Of a stretch of DNA of 64,000 bases, positions 9,366-22,601 are shown piece by piece (the stretch's first letter is position 1; every line of letters starts with the position of its first letter). The translations under genes and the position numbers were made by a program. The stretch is from Myxococcota bacterium (GTDB taxonomy: Bacteria > Myxococcota > UBA4151), in assembly GCA_036338695.1 (NCBI GenBank), contig JAYZBQ010000022.1, forward strand, positions 11,644 to 75,643. Reading direction: 5' to 3'. The notes under the pieces are model-generated. The model was not told the DNA's origin. It worked only from the letters and a program-made list of their open reading frames with translations, and searched no databases.

Positions 9366-10502
9366 ATGGCGACACAGAACCTGACGGACGCACACAAAGA
9401 GTATGACGACGGACCCTTGATCTGGGTCAACACCCTCTTCCTCTGCGGAAGCCCCTTTCTCGCCGCCGTGCTGGTGCCCTGGTACCTTATGGAGTCGGGC
9501 AGCCATTGGGCGCTCTGGGTCACCGCCTTTGTGCTGTGGGGCTTTGCGGGCATGGGCATCACGGTCGGCTATCACCGCCTGGTGGCGCACCGCAGCTATC
9601 AAGCAAACGGCTTCTGGAAATTCCTTTTCCTCATCGGCGGCGCCGCCGCCATCCAAAACTCTGCGATCACGTGGGCGACCTCGCACCGACGCCATCACCA
9701 AGAGGTCGACACCGACAACGACCCCTACAACGCCAAGCGCGGGTTCTGGTGGTCGCACATCAAGTGGATCCTCCACCACGACGAGCAGGTTGAGGACTTC
9801 TCGAGCGTCCCCGATCTGACCAATGACCGCATGATCATGTGGCAACACCGCTACTACCACGCCATCTGGATGGTGATGAACATCGCCGTACCGGCGGCGA
9901 TCGGCCTGCTGATCGATCGCGTCTGGGGCATGATCCTGATCGCCGGCTTGCTGCGCGTGGTGTTGGTCCACCAAGGCACGTTCTGCATCAACAGCGTCTG
10001 CCACATCATCGGCACTCAGCCGTGGTCCAGCAAAGACACCAGCCGAGACTCGTGGATCAGCGCGCTGTTCACCTTCGGCGAAGGCTACCACAACTACCAC
10101 CACACCTTTGCAGCGGACTACCGCAACGGGCTCAAGTGGTACCACTTTGACCCAGGCAAATGGGCGATCTGGACGGGTGAGAAGCTCAAGATGTGCTCAG
10201 GGCTCAAGCGCACCACCGAACAGCAGCGCATGAAGAAGCGCATCCAGCGCGTCGCCGAGCAGTATTTTGCGCACCTTGAGACCATGGACGCGCCGGCTCA
10301 GGCGTCTTGGCGAGAGCGCCTCGAAGGTCGCCTCAACGAAGCCGAAGAGCGGCTGGCCGCTTGGTCGAGCCGTGCGCGCAAAGCGGCGCGCACCAAAGAC
10401 GAGCAGCTGCAAGCCGCCATGGCAGAAGCCGAGCAAGCCTTCCGGCAAGCCTGGGCAGAGTTTCAAGCTCTAGGACGTAGCGCCCGGCTCGCCGCCGCCT
10501 AA
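9366..10502 (+). CDS. delta-9 acyl-CoA/lipid desaturase
   Basis: His boxes HRLVAH, HRRHH, HNYHH; GEGY motif; C-terminal coiled coil; start chosen after GGAG RBS. Confidence 0.92.
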   Translation: MATQNLTDAHKEYDDGPLIWVNTLFLCGSPFLAAVLVPWYLMESGSHWALWVTAFVLWGFAGMGITVGYHRLVAHRSYQANGFWKFLFLIGGAAAIQNSAITWATSHRRHHQEVDTDNDPYNAKRGFWWSHIKWILHHDEQVEDFSSVPDLTNDRMIMWQHRYYHAIWMVMNIAVPAAIGLLIDRVWGMILIAGLLRVVLVHQGTFCINSVCHIIGTQPWSSKDTSRDSWISALFTFGEGYHNYHHTFAADYRNGLKWYHFDPGKWAIWTGEKLKMCSGLKRTTEQQRMKKRIQRVAEQYFAHLETMDAPAQASWRERLEGRLNEAEERLAAWSSRARKAARTKDEQLQAAMAEAEQAFRQAWAEFQALGRSARLAAA

Positions 10503-10580
10503 CCTACGCACCACCCGGCGGCCGTATTGAAGTCTTCGCCGCAGTAGGCCAATTTGGTGCCCTTCGCTGCGGAGGGTGTG

Positions 10581-14069
<3,489 letters not shown>

Positions 14070-14083
14070 GTTCGGAACGGAAC

Positions 14084-14899
14084 TTAACGGAGCCGGCTCA
14101 CCTTGTTGACGAGCTTGAGTTTTCCCTGACGCAGGACGAAGACGGACCACAGGTTCCCCGTTCCAGACGGTGGAAGAACCTGGGCTTTGAGTACTCCGTC
14201 CATGTACACGAGGACGCGCGCACCCGACTTCAAGAAGTTGGCTACGCCGGGGCGATGGTGGTGCGTGTAATCGTCGACCACATAGGTATACTCCGCCTCA
14301 GGGTCGACCTTTCGAAGGGTGATGGTCTCGGGACCAAAGCCGTCTCGATCGTCGCGGTCGAGTTGAGCTTTGCGGCGCCATGAGGTCTTGTACCGGTAGC
14401 TGATATGATACCGCTTTTTGCCGCGCTTGTACTTGAGTAAATGCGCATCCAAATCGGCAGGTGCGGCTCCCCAATCAAGGACGATGCGAACTTGCTTCGG
14501 GGACAAAGCCGGCGAGATGGAGAAGCGATTGTTTAAAATCGTTCCCGCCATAAAGTGCACCTCAACATCGCTGGTCACATAACCGCGCTTGCTAACCCGA
14601 ACCGTACGGTCGTCCTCTCGATTGTTGAGATCGGACGGCCACTTCAGGAGTGCCCGCCCCTCACCGTTGGTTCGGGTGGATTCGCCGCCCGCCGAGACCT
14701 TAGCGCCGACCAACGGATCACCGGTGAGCGCATCAAAGAAACGCAGCGCCAAGCCCGCGTCAGACCCTTGTTGCGTCTTTCGTTTGGCGTTGAGCTCGCT
14801 AAAGGCGTCCGTCTTGCGCTGCTTTGAATTCAGCTGAGGCTGCGCCGTCGCAGGCAGCGCCAAGCCAAGTACGGCACCGATCATCATCCATCGCATCAA
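14084..14899 (-). CDS. secreted protein with carboxypeptidase-regulatory-like and YfaP/DUF2135-like domains
   Basis: Signal peptide; 'RIVLDWG..PADLDAHL' and 'LDRDDRDGFGPETIT' motifs. Confidence 0.65.
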   Translation of the reverse strand: MMRWMMIGAVLGLALPATAQPQLNSKQRKTDAFSELNAKRKTQQGSDAGLALRFFDALTGDPLVGAKVSAGGESTRTNGEGRALLKWPSDLNNREDDRTVRVSKRGYVTSDVEVHFMAGTILNNRFSISPALSPKQVRIVLDWGAAPADLDAHLLKYKRGKKRYHISYRYKTSWRRKAQLDRDDRDGFGPETITLRKVDPEAEYTYVVDDYTHHHRPGVANFLKSGARVLVYMDGVLKAQVLPPSGTGNLWSVFVLRQGKLKLVNKVSRLR

Positions 14900-14984
14900 C
14901 GCACCTCTCCAACGCTCATGGTGAGCTCTTCAAAGTACGCCGCCTCGGGGCGCGGTATTCAAAACAAGCGACGTACGGCGAGGC

Positions 14985-16214
14985 TCACCCCACCGCCGTG
15001 ATCAAACACTTAAGATAGGCACCTTCGGGAAAGGTGACCGGGTGATCCAGCGCGTGTCCGTGCCGCTCGAGGAGCTCAAGCCGGTAACCCGCCTTGCGCG
15101 CGGCCTCGATGTTGAGCGCCACGAAGTCGTCCATCGTGATCCGGCTTGAGCACGAAGCCAGCACCAGCGTGCCGCCTTTAGCGAGCACGGCGAGCCCGAG
15201 CTTAGTCAACCGGCCGTAAGCCTGACGCGCCGACGCGATCTCTGACTTTTTGCGCGCAAACGAGGGCGGGTCGATCACGACCACGTCATACGATGCGCCC
15301 GCAGCGGCGAGCGCCTTGAGCTCGGCGAATGCGTCGCCGCAGATGAGCTCATGCGGGCAGCTGATCGCTGGATTGAGGGCGAAGTTACGCTCGGCTGCTT
15401 CGAGCGCCGGGCGGCTGGCGTCGAGGCTGGTCACTGCGCGTGCACGACCACGCGCCGCATAGAGCGAGAACCCGCCGGTGTACGAGAAGACGTTCAAGAC
15501 CTTTCGGTTCGCGCTCAGCGCCTCGACCCGCTGGCGGTTCTCGCGTTGATCCAGGAAAAACCCCGTCTTTTGACCGCGCTGCACGTCCACCTCAAAGGTC
15601 AGCCCATTCTCTTGAAACGTCATAGGAACTGGCAGAGGCTCGTCGGTCAGCACCTGCCCGTCGCGCAAGCCAAAGGCCTCACCTTGCGCCTTAAGCGCCC
15701 GGCTCAACCGCAGCACGACGTGGCGAACGCCGGGCAACCGCGTCAGAGCCGGCAGCACCTGCGCCAGGCGGGACCACCAGATGGCGCTGTAGAGCTTGAT
15801 CACCAACGCGTCGTCATAGCGGTCCACCACCAAGCCCGGCAAGCAGTCGCTCTCACCGTATAGGAGCCGGTAGCCGTTGGTTCCAGCAGCCGGAAGCGCT
15901 GCACGCAGCGCCGCAGCCGCCTCAACCCGGCTGGCGAAAAAGGCGGCGTCGATCGGGACGCCGCCGCCGCGGCACAGCATCTTCACGCGGATCGGATGAC
16001 CTGGGTCGTAGAGCCCGAGCCCCACCATCTTACGGCGATCGTCAAACACCACCGCCACGCTGCCCGCCTCACCCTCGCGCCGCTGCTTCTCGATGCCGCC
16101 ATCAAAGAGCCAAGGGTGCCCCTGGCGCAGACGCTTGGCGACGCCGCGGCCGACATGCACGGTCACGTTGTCTTGGGGCGGGTTCGGCAGGGTCTCGAGC
16201 GCAAACGATATCAT
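14985..16214 (-). CDS. rlmI: 23S rRNA m5C1962 methyltransferase RlmI-like
   Basis: PUA 'GHPWLF', GESDCLPGLVVD, GQKTGFFLDQR, FSYTGGF, DPPSF, EGAYLK. Confidence 0.85.
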   Translation of the reverse strand: MISFALETLPNPPQDNVTVHVGRGVAKRLRQGHPWLFDGGIEKQRREGEAGSVAVVFDDRRKMVGLGLYDPGHPIRVKMLCRGGGVPIDAAFFASRVEAAAALRAALPAAGTNGYRLLYGESDCLPGLVVDRYDDALVIKLYSAIWWSRLAQVLPALTRLPGVRHVVLRLSRALKAQGEAFGLRDGQVLTDEPLPVPMTFQENGLTFEVDVQRGQKTGFFLDQRENRQRVEALSANRKVLNVFSYTGGFSLYAARGRARAVTSLDASRPALEAAERNFALNPAISCPHELICGDAFAELKALAAAGASYDVVVIDPPSFARKKSEIASARQAYGRLTKLGLAVLAKGGTLVLASCSSRITMDDFVALNIEAARKAGYRLELLERHGHALDHPVTFPEGAYLKCLITAVG

Positions 16215-16322
16215 GCGCAGGCTCTAAACGCTTTTGCGCATCAGCCACCAGCCCTCAGCGCATAAGGCAGTTGTTCTCATGGGCGCAGTTGAGTAGGCAA
16301 ACCCACGCAAACTGGAGGCCTC

Positions 16323-17846
16323 ATGGCGCGACCGCAAGGCAGTGAGTTGATGGAGAAGCTGGTGTCCCTGTGCAAACGGCGCGGGTTCGTCTTCCCGGCG
16401 TCGGAGATCTATGGCGGCATCAATGGGTTCTGGGACTATGGCCCCTTAGGCGCACAGCTTAAAAACAACCTGCGCAACCGCTGGTGGCGTGACTTGGTCG
16501 AGTGCCCGCCCATCGGCCCCGACGGGCAGCCGCTCGACCTCGTGGGCTTGGACTCCTCCATCATCCAAAACCCCAAGACCTGGGAGGCCAGCGGTCACAT
16601 CGGCGGCTTCTCGGATCCCATGGTGGACTGCCGCGAGAGCAAGCGGCGCTACCGAGCGGATCATCTCTTGGTCTACCGCCCCAAAGAAGGCGCCGACCAG
16701 CACCCGAGCTACGCGTTCGTCGAGGGCAACGAAGCGGCGATCGCCAAGAAGCTCAAAAAAGCGCTGCGCGGGCGGCCCGTCACCGACCTGTTCGAGACCG
16801 TCTCACTCGTCGACCTTGAGCTCAGCGCCTACGCGCTGATCGTTGGTCCAGACGCAAGTGCGCCGGGCAGCCTGACCGAGCCGCGCGAGTTCAATTTGAT
16901 GTTCAAAACCTTTGTGGGGGCCACCAGCGGCGAAGACAACGTCGCCTACCTGCGGCCCGAGACGGCGCAGGGCATCTTCCTCAACTACAAGAACGTGCTC
17001 GACACCAGCCGTGTCAAAATGCCCTTCGGCATTGCGCAGGTCGGCAAGTCGTTTCGCAACGAGGTCACCCCGCGCAACTTCATCTTCCGCAGCCGAGAAT
17101 TTGAGCAGATGGAGATGGAGTTCTTCTGCTCACCCGACAGCGCCGAGACCTGGTTTGAGTACTGGACCCAGCAGCGCCTCAACTGGTGGAAGTCGCTGGG
17201 CGTGCGCGAAGAGAACCTGATCTTGCGCAAGCACGGCGACGATGAGCTCGCGCACTACTCCAAGGACGGCTTGGGTACCTATGACATCGAGTACGCCTAC
17301 CCCTTCTCTGATGGCTACGGCGAGCTCGAGGGCATCGCGCACCGCGGCAACTTTGACTTGAGTCAGCACCAGACCCACAGCGGCACCAAGATGGAGTACT
17401 TTGACCCGCAGACCCGAGAGCGCTTTATCCCCCACGTCATCGAGCCCGCCTCGGGGCTGACGCGCGGCGTCCTCGTCTTGCTTATCGAAGCCTACGACGT
17501 CGACGAGAGCCGACCGTCGCCGGAGCTGATGCGTTTTAAGCCCAGCCTGGCGCCGATCAAGGCGGGGATCTTCCCGCTCACGCGTAAAGACGGGCTGCCC
17601 GAGGTGGCGCAAAAACTCTACATGGACCTGCGCCGACACCACATCTGCCAGATCGACGAGAAGCAGAGCATCGGCAAGCGCTATGCTCGGATGGACGAGG
17701 CCGGGACCCCTTGGTGCTTTACCGTCGACCACGACACCCTGACCGATCAGACGGTCACGGTCCGGGACCGCGACACCGGCGAGCAGAGCCGAATTGCCCT
17801 AGACCAAGTCAGGCGCTTCATCGATGACGGGTTGAGCGACGATTGA
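16323..17846 (+). CDS. glyQS: glycine--tRNA ligase (alpha2 type)
   Basis: CKRRGF..SEIYGG, YLRPETAQGIF, FRNEVTPRNFIFRSREFEQME, HVIEPA, anticodon domain SIGKRYARMDEAGTP. Confidence 0.96.
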   Translation: MARPQGSELMEKLVSLCKRRGFVFPASEIYGGINGFWDYGPLGAQLKNNLRNRWWRDLVECPPIGPDGQPLDLVGLDSSIIQNPKTWEASGHIGGFSDPMVDCRESKRRYRADHLLVYRPKEGADQHPSYAFVEGNEAAIAKKLKKALRGRPVTDLFETVSLVDLELSAYALIVGPDASAPGSLTEPREFNLMFKTFVGATSGEDNVAYLRPETAQGIFLNYKNVLDTSRVKMPFGIAQVGKSFRNEVTPRNFIFRSREFEQMEMEFFCSPDSAETWFEYWTQQRLNWWKSLGVREENLILRKHGDDELAHYSKDGLGTYDIEYAYPFSDGYGELEGIAHRGNFDLSQHQTHSGTKMEYFDPQTRERFIPHVIEPASGLTRGVLVLLIEAYDVDESRPSPELMRFKPSLAPIKAGIFPLTRKDGLPEVAQKLYMDLRRHHICQIDEKQSIGKRYARMDEAGTPWCFTVDHDTLTDQTVTVRDRDTGEQSRIALDQVRRFIDDGLSDD

Positions 17847-17913
17847 ATCGGCTCAACCGGTTCATCGTTTATGATGTCGCTGGCGCCATCACGGCGTGCA
17901 CAAGGAGCTGATC

Positions 17914-19191
17914 ATGATGCGTTTCATCGCCTGCATGTTAACCCTCTCGGCGGGTCTGCCCGCCTACGCCCAAGCCATTAACTGGACGCCTCATCAGATG
18001 GGTACCCCCGTCCCTGCTGCAGCGCTCGCTGGCGGCGCCACGGCCAACAAAATCTATTACGTTTGCCGCAAGCGCCTGCCGCAGCGCTGGCATACGGGCT
18101 ACACCTTCGGCGCGCGCTGCCACACGGCGAAGGGCATGAAGGAGCTGCGCCACGACAAATACCAGATCGCCATGCCTGGCAAGAACAGTGCCTCGCTGGT
18201 CTGGCGTAACGCCAACAACATGGAGAAGCGCACGCCGATCCGCGCCGGTAAGCGCCCGGTCAACCCGGCGTTGTGCCGAGGCACGCACCAGGGGCGCTTT
18301 CGCTTGATCGGTCACGTGGTCAAGCGCGGCTGCAAGGCCGGCTTCAAAAACCGCAGCGTGGTCATGAACCGCTACCAGGTGCTCACCCACAACCACGCCG
18401 GTGGCAAGGTCGGCGCGCAGCTGCTCGGTCAGTCCGGCGACGGCCTCGGCGGCTCGGTCGAGGGCATGAAGCAAGCCGAGATCGGCGCTGCGCTCGCCGG
18501 GGTCGCCGCAACGCAAAAGTTCGATGCGAACCAGTTCTGGGCGGGCGTCTTGAAGCGCGCCGAGCGCCACAGCAAAGCGATCCAGCGCAACCAGAGCCGC
18601 AGTCTCAAAGACGGGCTCGGGGTCGCGCTCAACCGCGTCCTGTCGTGGAACCAGCTGCAAAAAGCCTTCAACGCGGTGCATCCGAACAAGCGGATCTACC
18701 GCAACGGCACGGGGCAAGGTCGGCGCCTCAAGCCCGGCGCCAAGTTTGGTCAGTACGATCGCGCCTTTGTTCAGTTCCTGGCGCGCAGCATCCCAGCCAA
18801 TGGTCCTGGTGCGCGCAAAAACACGCTCCAGGCTCGTGTGATGGCGCGGGTCTACAATCAGGCGCTGCGGCCCATGGCGCGTGACTTCGCACGAGTGCAG
18901 CAGAAGCTGAGCCGCAACGCCGCCTGTCGCAACCGCATGATGAAGACCTACAAAGGGCTCATGAACGCAGGCGCCTATTCACCGTGGAGTAACTTTGGCG
19001 CCGTGATGGACCGCAACTACTGCAACAACCGCGCCGCGCCCAAAGCCGGCAACGACCGCATGGGTCAGATCGCGCTGTGGTGGATGCGTCGCTACTGGGA
19101 CGGCACCCACAACCAGTGGGCCAACGCGCTCAACAAGCTCCTGATCAACTACGACCGCGCCTTTCACCGGAAGCTGCGCAACCAGCGCTAG
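17914..19191 (+). CDS. secreted basic protein with N-terminal DM9 (DUF3421)-like repeats
   Basis: Signal peptide; 'VPAAALAGG...YYVCR...HTG...YQI' and 'ALCRG...GHV...YQVL' DM9-like units; unknown helical C-terminal domain. Confidence 0.55.
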   Translation: MMRFIACMLTLSAGLPAYAQAINWTPHQMGTPVPAAALAGGATANKIYYVCRKRLPQRWHTGYTFGARCHTAKGMKELRHDKYQIAMPGKNSASLVWRNANNMEKRTPIRAGKRPVNPALCRGTHQGRFRLIGHVVKRGCKAGFKNRSVVMNRYQVLTHNHAGGKVGAQLLGQSGDGLGGSVEGMKQAEIGAALAGVAATQKFDANQFWAGVLKRAERHSKAIQRNQSRSLKDGLGVALNRVLSWNQLQKAFNAVHPNKRIYRNGTGQGRRLKPGAKFGQYDRAFVQFLARSIPANGPGARKNTLQARVMARVYNQALRPMARDFARVQQKLSRNAACRNRMMKTYKGLMNAGAYSPWSNFGAVMDRNYCNNRAAPKAGNDRMGQIALWWMRRYWDGTHNQWANALNKLLINYDRAFHRKLRNQR

Positions 19192-19195
19192 GCGC

Positions 19196-19879
19196 TCAGC
19201 AGCACCCGTCGACGCGCTCAGCGGCTTGATCGTCACAGCGGATGAGCCGGTACGCCCAGGCACCAGCGACAGCCCCGACGCAGGGCGCGACCAGGTACAG
19301 ACCGAGCTGCGCCGTCTGACCGAGCACCAGCGCCGGGCCGAGGCTGCGCGCCGGGTTCATCGACGCGCCCGTCAGCGGTCCGCCAAACAGGGCACCGAGG
19401 GCGACCGTTGCGCCAATAGCGACACCAGCGAGCTGCGCCACGGCGCGGTGATCCGTGGCGACGGCGGCGATCACAAACATCAGCAGAAAGGTCAGCAACA
19501 CCTCGACGGCGACCGCTTTTCCTAAACTCAAGCTGGTTGCGGTCACCCCGCCGACATGCTCGGGCAAGAGCCACCGGAGCACCGCCATGGCAGCGAGCGC
19601 TGCGACGCACTGGGTGAGCGCGTAGGCTGGCACCTGGCGCCACGGAAAGCGCCCGGTGCTCGCAAAGCCGAGCGTGACCGCCGGGTTGAAATGCGCCCCG
19701 GAGATATGCCCGGTGGCGTAGATCATCGCGCCGACGACGAGCCCAAAGATCATGCTGATGCCAAAATGCCCAATCACGCCGGGCTGGCTGAGCTCGACAG
19801 AGATCGCGCCGCAACCCACGAACACCATCGCAAAGGTCCCGATGAATTCAGCGCCCAGTTTTCGTCGATCCGGCACCAT
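19196..19879 (-). CDS. MIP/aquaporin family channel (NIP-like)
   Basis: AEFIGTF, HISGAHFNPAVT, GASMNPARSLGPA; ends in GCC. Confidence 0.92.
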   Translation of the reverse strand: MVPDRRKLGAEFIGTFAMVFVGCGAISVELSQPGVIGHFGISMIFGLVVGAMIYATGHISGAHFNPAVTLGFASTGRFPWRQVPAYALTQCVAALAAMAVLRWLLPEHVGGVTATSLSLGKAVAVEVLLTFLLMFVIAAVATDHRAVAQLAGVAIGATVALGALFGGPLTGASMNPARSLGPALVLGQTAQLGLYLVAPCVGAVAGAWAYRLIRCDDQAAERVDGCC

Positions 19880-19995
19880 CTGCTCCTCAGCTCGTGCGCC
19901 GGAGCCGCTTATAAGCGGGATCGATGCGACGCAAGCACTGCAGCGGCTCGCAATCACACAAAAACCGCGTAAGCTGTCGTTGCGAGGAGAGACCC

Positions 19996-21630
19996 ATGAT
20001 GCGTCTATGCGCACTGACCACGCTGAGCCTGCTGCTCACTGGCTGCCCGACACCGACCGATCCAAGCCCGGAGCCCGACGCCGGCGCGCCGGCGGACGCA
20101 GGGCCGGCTGAGCCGACCTTTTGCGAGCTCCAAGGCTTGTCCGAGCGCGCCTTTGACGCCACCGCGCCGACCGCCTTTCAGCGGCGGCAGCCCGCCGGGG
20201 ACTTCACGGTCTCGCTCCCTTTTGATGAGACCTTTACGCTGAGCGAGCGCTGGACCGGCTGCGAGAGCTACATCTTCCTGCCGCATGATCTGCCGCTCTC
20301 CCAGTCCAACCCTGCCAGCTTGTTCACGACCGACCTGGCGCAGCTGATCGAGAACTCGCCGCGCAACGTGCACTACTTCTTCGTGGCGCGCGGGCGGGTC
20401 GACGCCGTAGCCAGCAACGCGATCCGCACCCTCAAGAGCAACATCGAGACGCTGCTCGAGACGATGAGCGATGAGGACTATGACCACTGGATGGATCACC
20501 TCCACGTCGTACGCGGCGGGACCAACGACATCGACGGCCTCGTCGGCTCGATGTTCTCAAGCGCCGTCGGTGCGCGCGGCTGGGCGATCGACCGCTTCCA
20601 AAGGATTCGGGGAATCGGCGGGCTTGCGGACGTCAACGCACGCACCAACGCCGAGGGCTGGCCTTGGGAGACGCGGCTGTTCTCTGCTGGCTGGGAGGCG
20701 CAGTACTTTAACTTTGAGGCGACGCGCCAAGAACGGCTCGACGCCGAGACGGTCACCGAGATCCAAGTCTTCGACGGCTCGGTCCAAGAGCAGTACACCG
20801 ACGGTACGCTGGTGCTCCCCGACGCCGCGACCATGGCGGGGTTTGACACCATGGAGTTCGACATCTTGATGGAATGCCCGGACCGAGACCGAGCCGAGTT
20901 CGGTAACTGCGGCGAGTGGGATTACCTCGGACACGTCTGGCTGCGCGACGCGGCAGACGAGAACTGGCTGGAGATGGGCCGGATCATCACCACCTACCAT
21001 CGCGAGTCGCGCTGGATCATGGACGCCTCTTGGGCGCTGGCTTGGCTCCAAGACGGTGGCGAGCGAACGATCCGCTACGAGTGGGCGCCCTCATGGAACA
21101 AACAGCCCACCGGTATCACGCTCTCAGTTCGGCTGTCGAACCGGGGTAAAGGCGTGGCGGCGCGCGAGCTCGTACAGATCTTCTCGGGCGGCGCGCTCAA
21201 CAGCAGCTACAACCAGCGCGAGCCCGCCACCGCCACCGTTCCGGCGAACGCCACCCAGACCAAGCTCGTCGTCGTGACCACCGGACACGGGATGGACACG
21301 CAGAACTGCGCCGAGTTTTGCGCCCACTCACACCACTTCACGCTCGGTGAGACCACCTTTGATCAAGAGTTCCCCATCGTCGGTGACCAGAGCGGCTGCG
21401 CCAAAACAGTGCCCGAGGGGACGGTCCCCAACCAGGGCGGCACGTGGTGGTTTGGGCGCGCCGGTTGGTGCCCCGGGCGCGAGGTGGTGCCGTACATCCA
21501 GGACCTCACCAACCTGGTGACGCCCGGTCAGGAGGCGACCCTCTCGTACGAGGCAAAAATCAGCGGGCGGCCGCCCTTTGACGACGCCGGCAACGTGAAC
21601 CTGCGCGCCTACCTCGTCTACTACCGCTAA
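19996..21630 (+). CDS. lipoprotein with peptide-N-glycosidase F-like C-terminal domain
   Basis: Lipobox LLTGC; CGEWDY, EMGRIITTY, TTGHG..CAEFC, VPNQGGTWWFGRAGWCPG motifs. Confidence 0.8.
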   Translation: MMRLCALTTLSLLLTGCPTPTDPSPEPDAGAPADAGPAEPTFCELQGLSERAFDATAPTAFQRRQPAGDFTVSLPFDETFTLSERWTGCESYIFLPHDLPLSQSNPASLFTTDLAQLIENSPRNVHYFFVARGRVDAVASNAIRTLKSNIETLLETMSDEDYDHWMDHLHVVRGGTNDIDGLVGSMFSSAVGARGWAIDRFQRIRGIGGLADVNARTNAEGWPWETRLFSAGWEAQYFNFEATRQERLDAETVTEIQVFDGSVQEQYTDGTLVLPDAATMAGFDTMEFDILMECPDRDRAEFGNCGEWDYLGHVWLRDAADENWLEMGRIITTYHRESRWIMDASWALAWLQDGGERTIRYEWAPSWNKQPTGITLSVRLSNRGKGVAARELVQIFSGGALNSSYNQREPATATVPANATQTKLVVVTTGHGMDTQNCAEFCAHSHHFTLGETTFDQEFPIVGDQSGCAKTVPEGTVPNQGGTWWFGRAGWCPGREVVPYIQDLTNLVTPGQEATLSYEAKISGRPPFDDAGNVNLRAYLVYYR

Positions 21631-21668
21631 ACGCAAGCCCTCGAGCTGAGCTCGACCTGGAGCGCACG

Positions 21669-22589
21669 ATGCACCCGCTCGATATCTTCTTTAAGACCAT
21701 CTCTCGCTTGGGCGAATACCACCCGACCATCCGGCGGCGAAAAGCGATGACGCAGCTGGTCGCCGAGGACATCCCCTACCGAGACGGCGGCGACCCTGCC
21801 CACACCCTCGACCTGCACGCGCCGCTCAACCCCTCAGGCAAGCTGCCCGTGCTCTTGTACGTCCACGGCGGCGGGTTTCGCATCCTGTCGAAAAACACCC
21901 ACCGAGCGATCGCTCGTCATTTTGCGCTGGGCGGCTACCTGGTCGTCAACATCAACTACCGCCTCACACCGGCTGGCACCTTCCCCCATGCGCTGCAAGA
22001 TGTCTGCGACGCCTTGCACTGGACCCTCGAGAACATCGAAGCGTACGGCGGCGACCCAAACCGTCTGGTCTACGCAGGCGAGTCGGCGGGCGGCAACCTG
22101 ACGCTCAGCCTCGCCATGCTCGGCTGCTTTGAGCGCCCGGAGCCGTGGGCGAAGCGGGTGTTTGACGCCCAACCGAAGGTCCAAGCGGTCTTACCCGCCT
22201 GCGGCATGCTCGAGGTTCATCAGTCGCAGCGCTACGTCGAGGACACCTCGCTGCCCAAGTGGGTGCGCTCGCGCATCAAGGTGATCTGTGATGGCTACCG
22301 GGGTGACTCGCCCGAGGGTTCGCTCGCCAGCCCGCTGCAGCTGCTCGAGTCGGACACGCCGAGTGAGCGACCGCTGCCGCCGATCTTTTCGATCTGCGGC
22401 GACCGCGACTACGTGGTGGAGGACACCCACCGCCTCGGGCGCGCCCTGACCCGGCGCGCCAACGCCGGCGGCGTGAAGATCTACCCCAAAGGGATCCACG
22501 TCTTCCACGTCTTCCTCGGAGACCTTGCGAAACAAGCCTGGAGCGACCAGTTTGATTTCTTGCGACGACATGTCCCAGCGACGGAATAG
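21669..22589 (+). CDS. alpha/beta hydrolase (HSL-family esterase)
   Basis: HGGGF oxyanion motif, GESAGG nucleophile elbow, HVF. Confidence 0.9.
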   Translation: MHPLDIFFKTISRLGEYHPTIRRRKAMTQLVAEDIPYRDGGDPAHTLDLHAPLNPSGKLPVLLYVHGGGFRILSKNTHRAIARHFALGGYLVVNINYRLTPAGTFPHALQDVCDALHWTLENIEAYGGDPNRLVYAGESAGGNLTLSLAMLGCFERPEPWAKRVFDAQPKVQAVLPACGMLEVHQSQRYVEDTSLPKWVRSRIKVICDGYRGDSPEGSLASPLQLLESDTPSERPLPPIFSICGDRDYVVEDTHRLGRALTRRANAGGVKIYPKGIHVFHVFLGDLAKQAWSDQFDFLRRHVPATE

Positions 22590-22601
22590 CGACGACACAC
22601 C

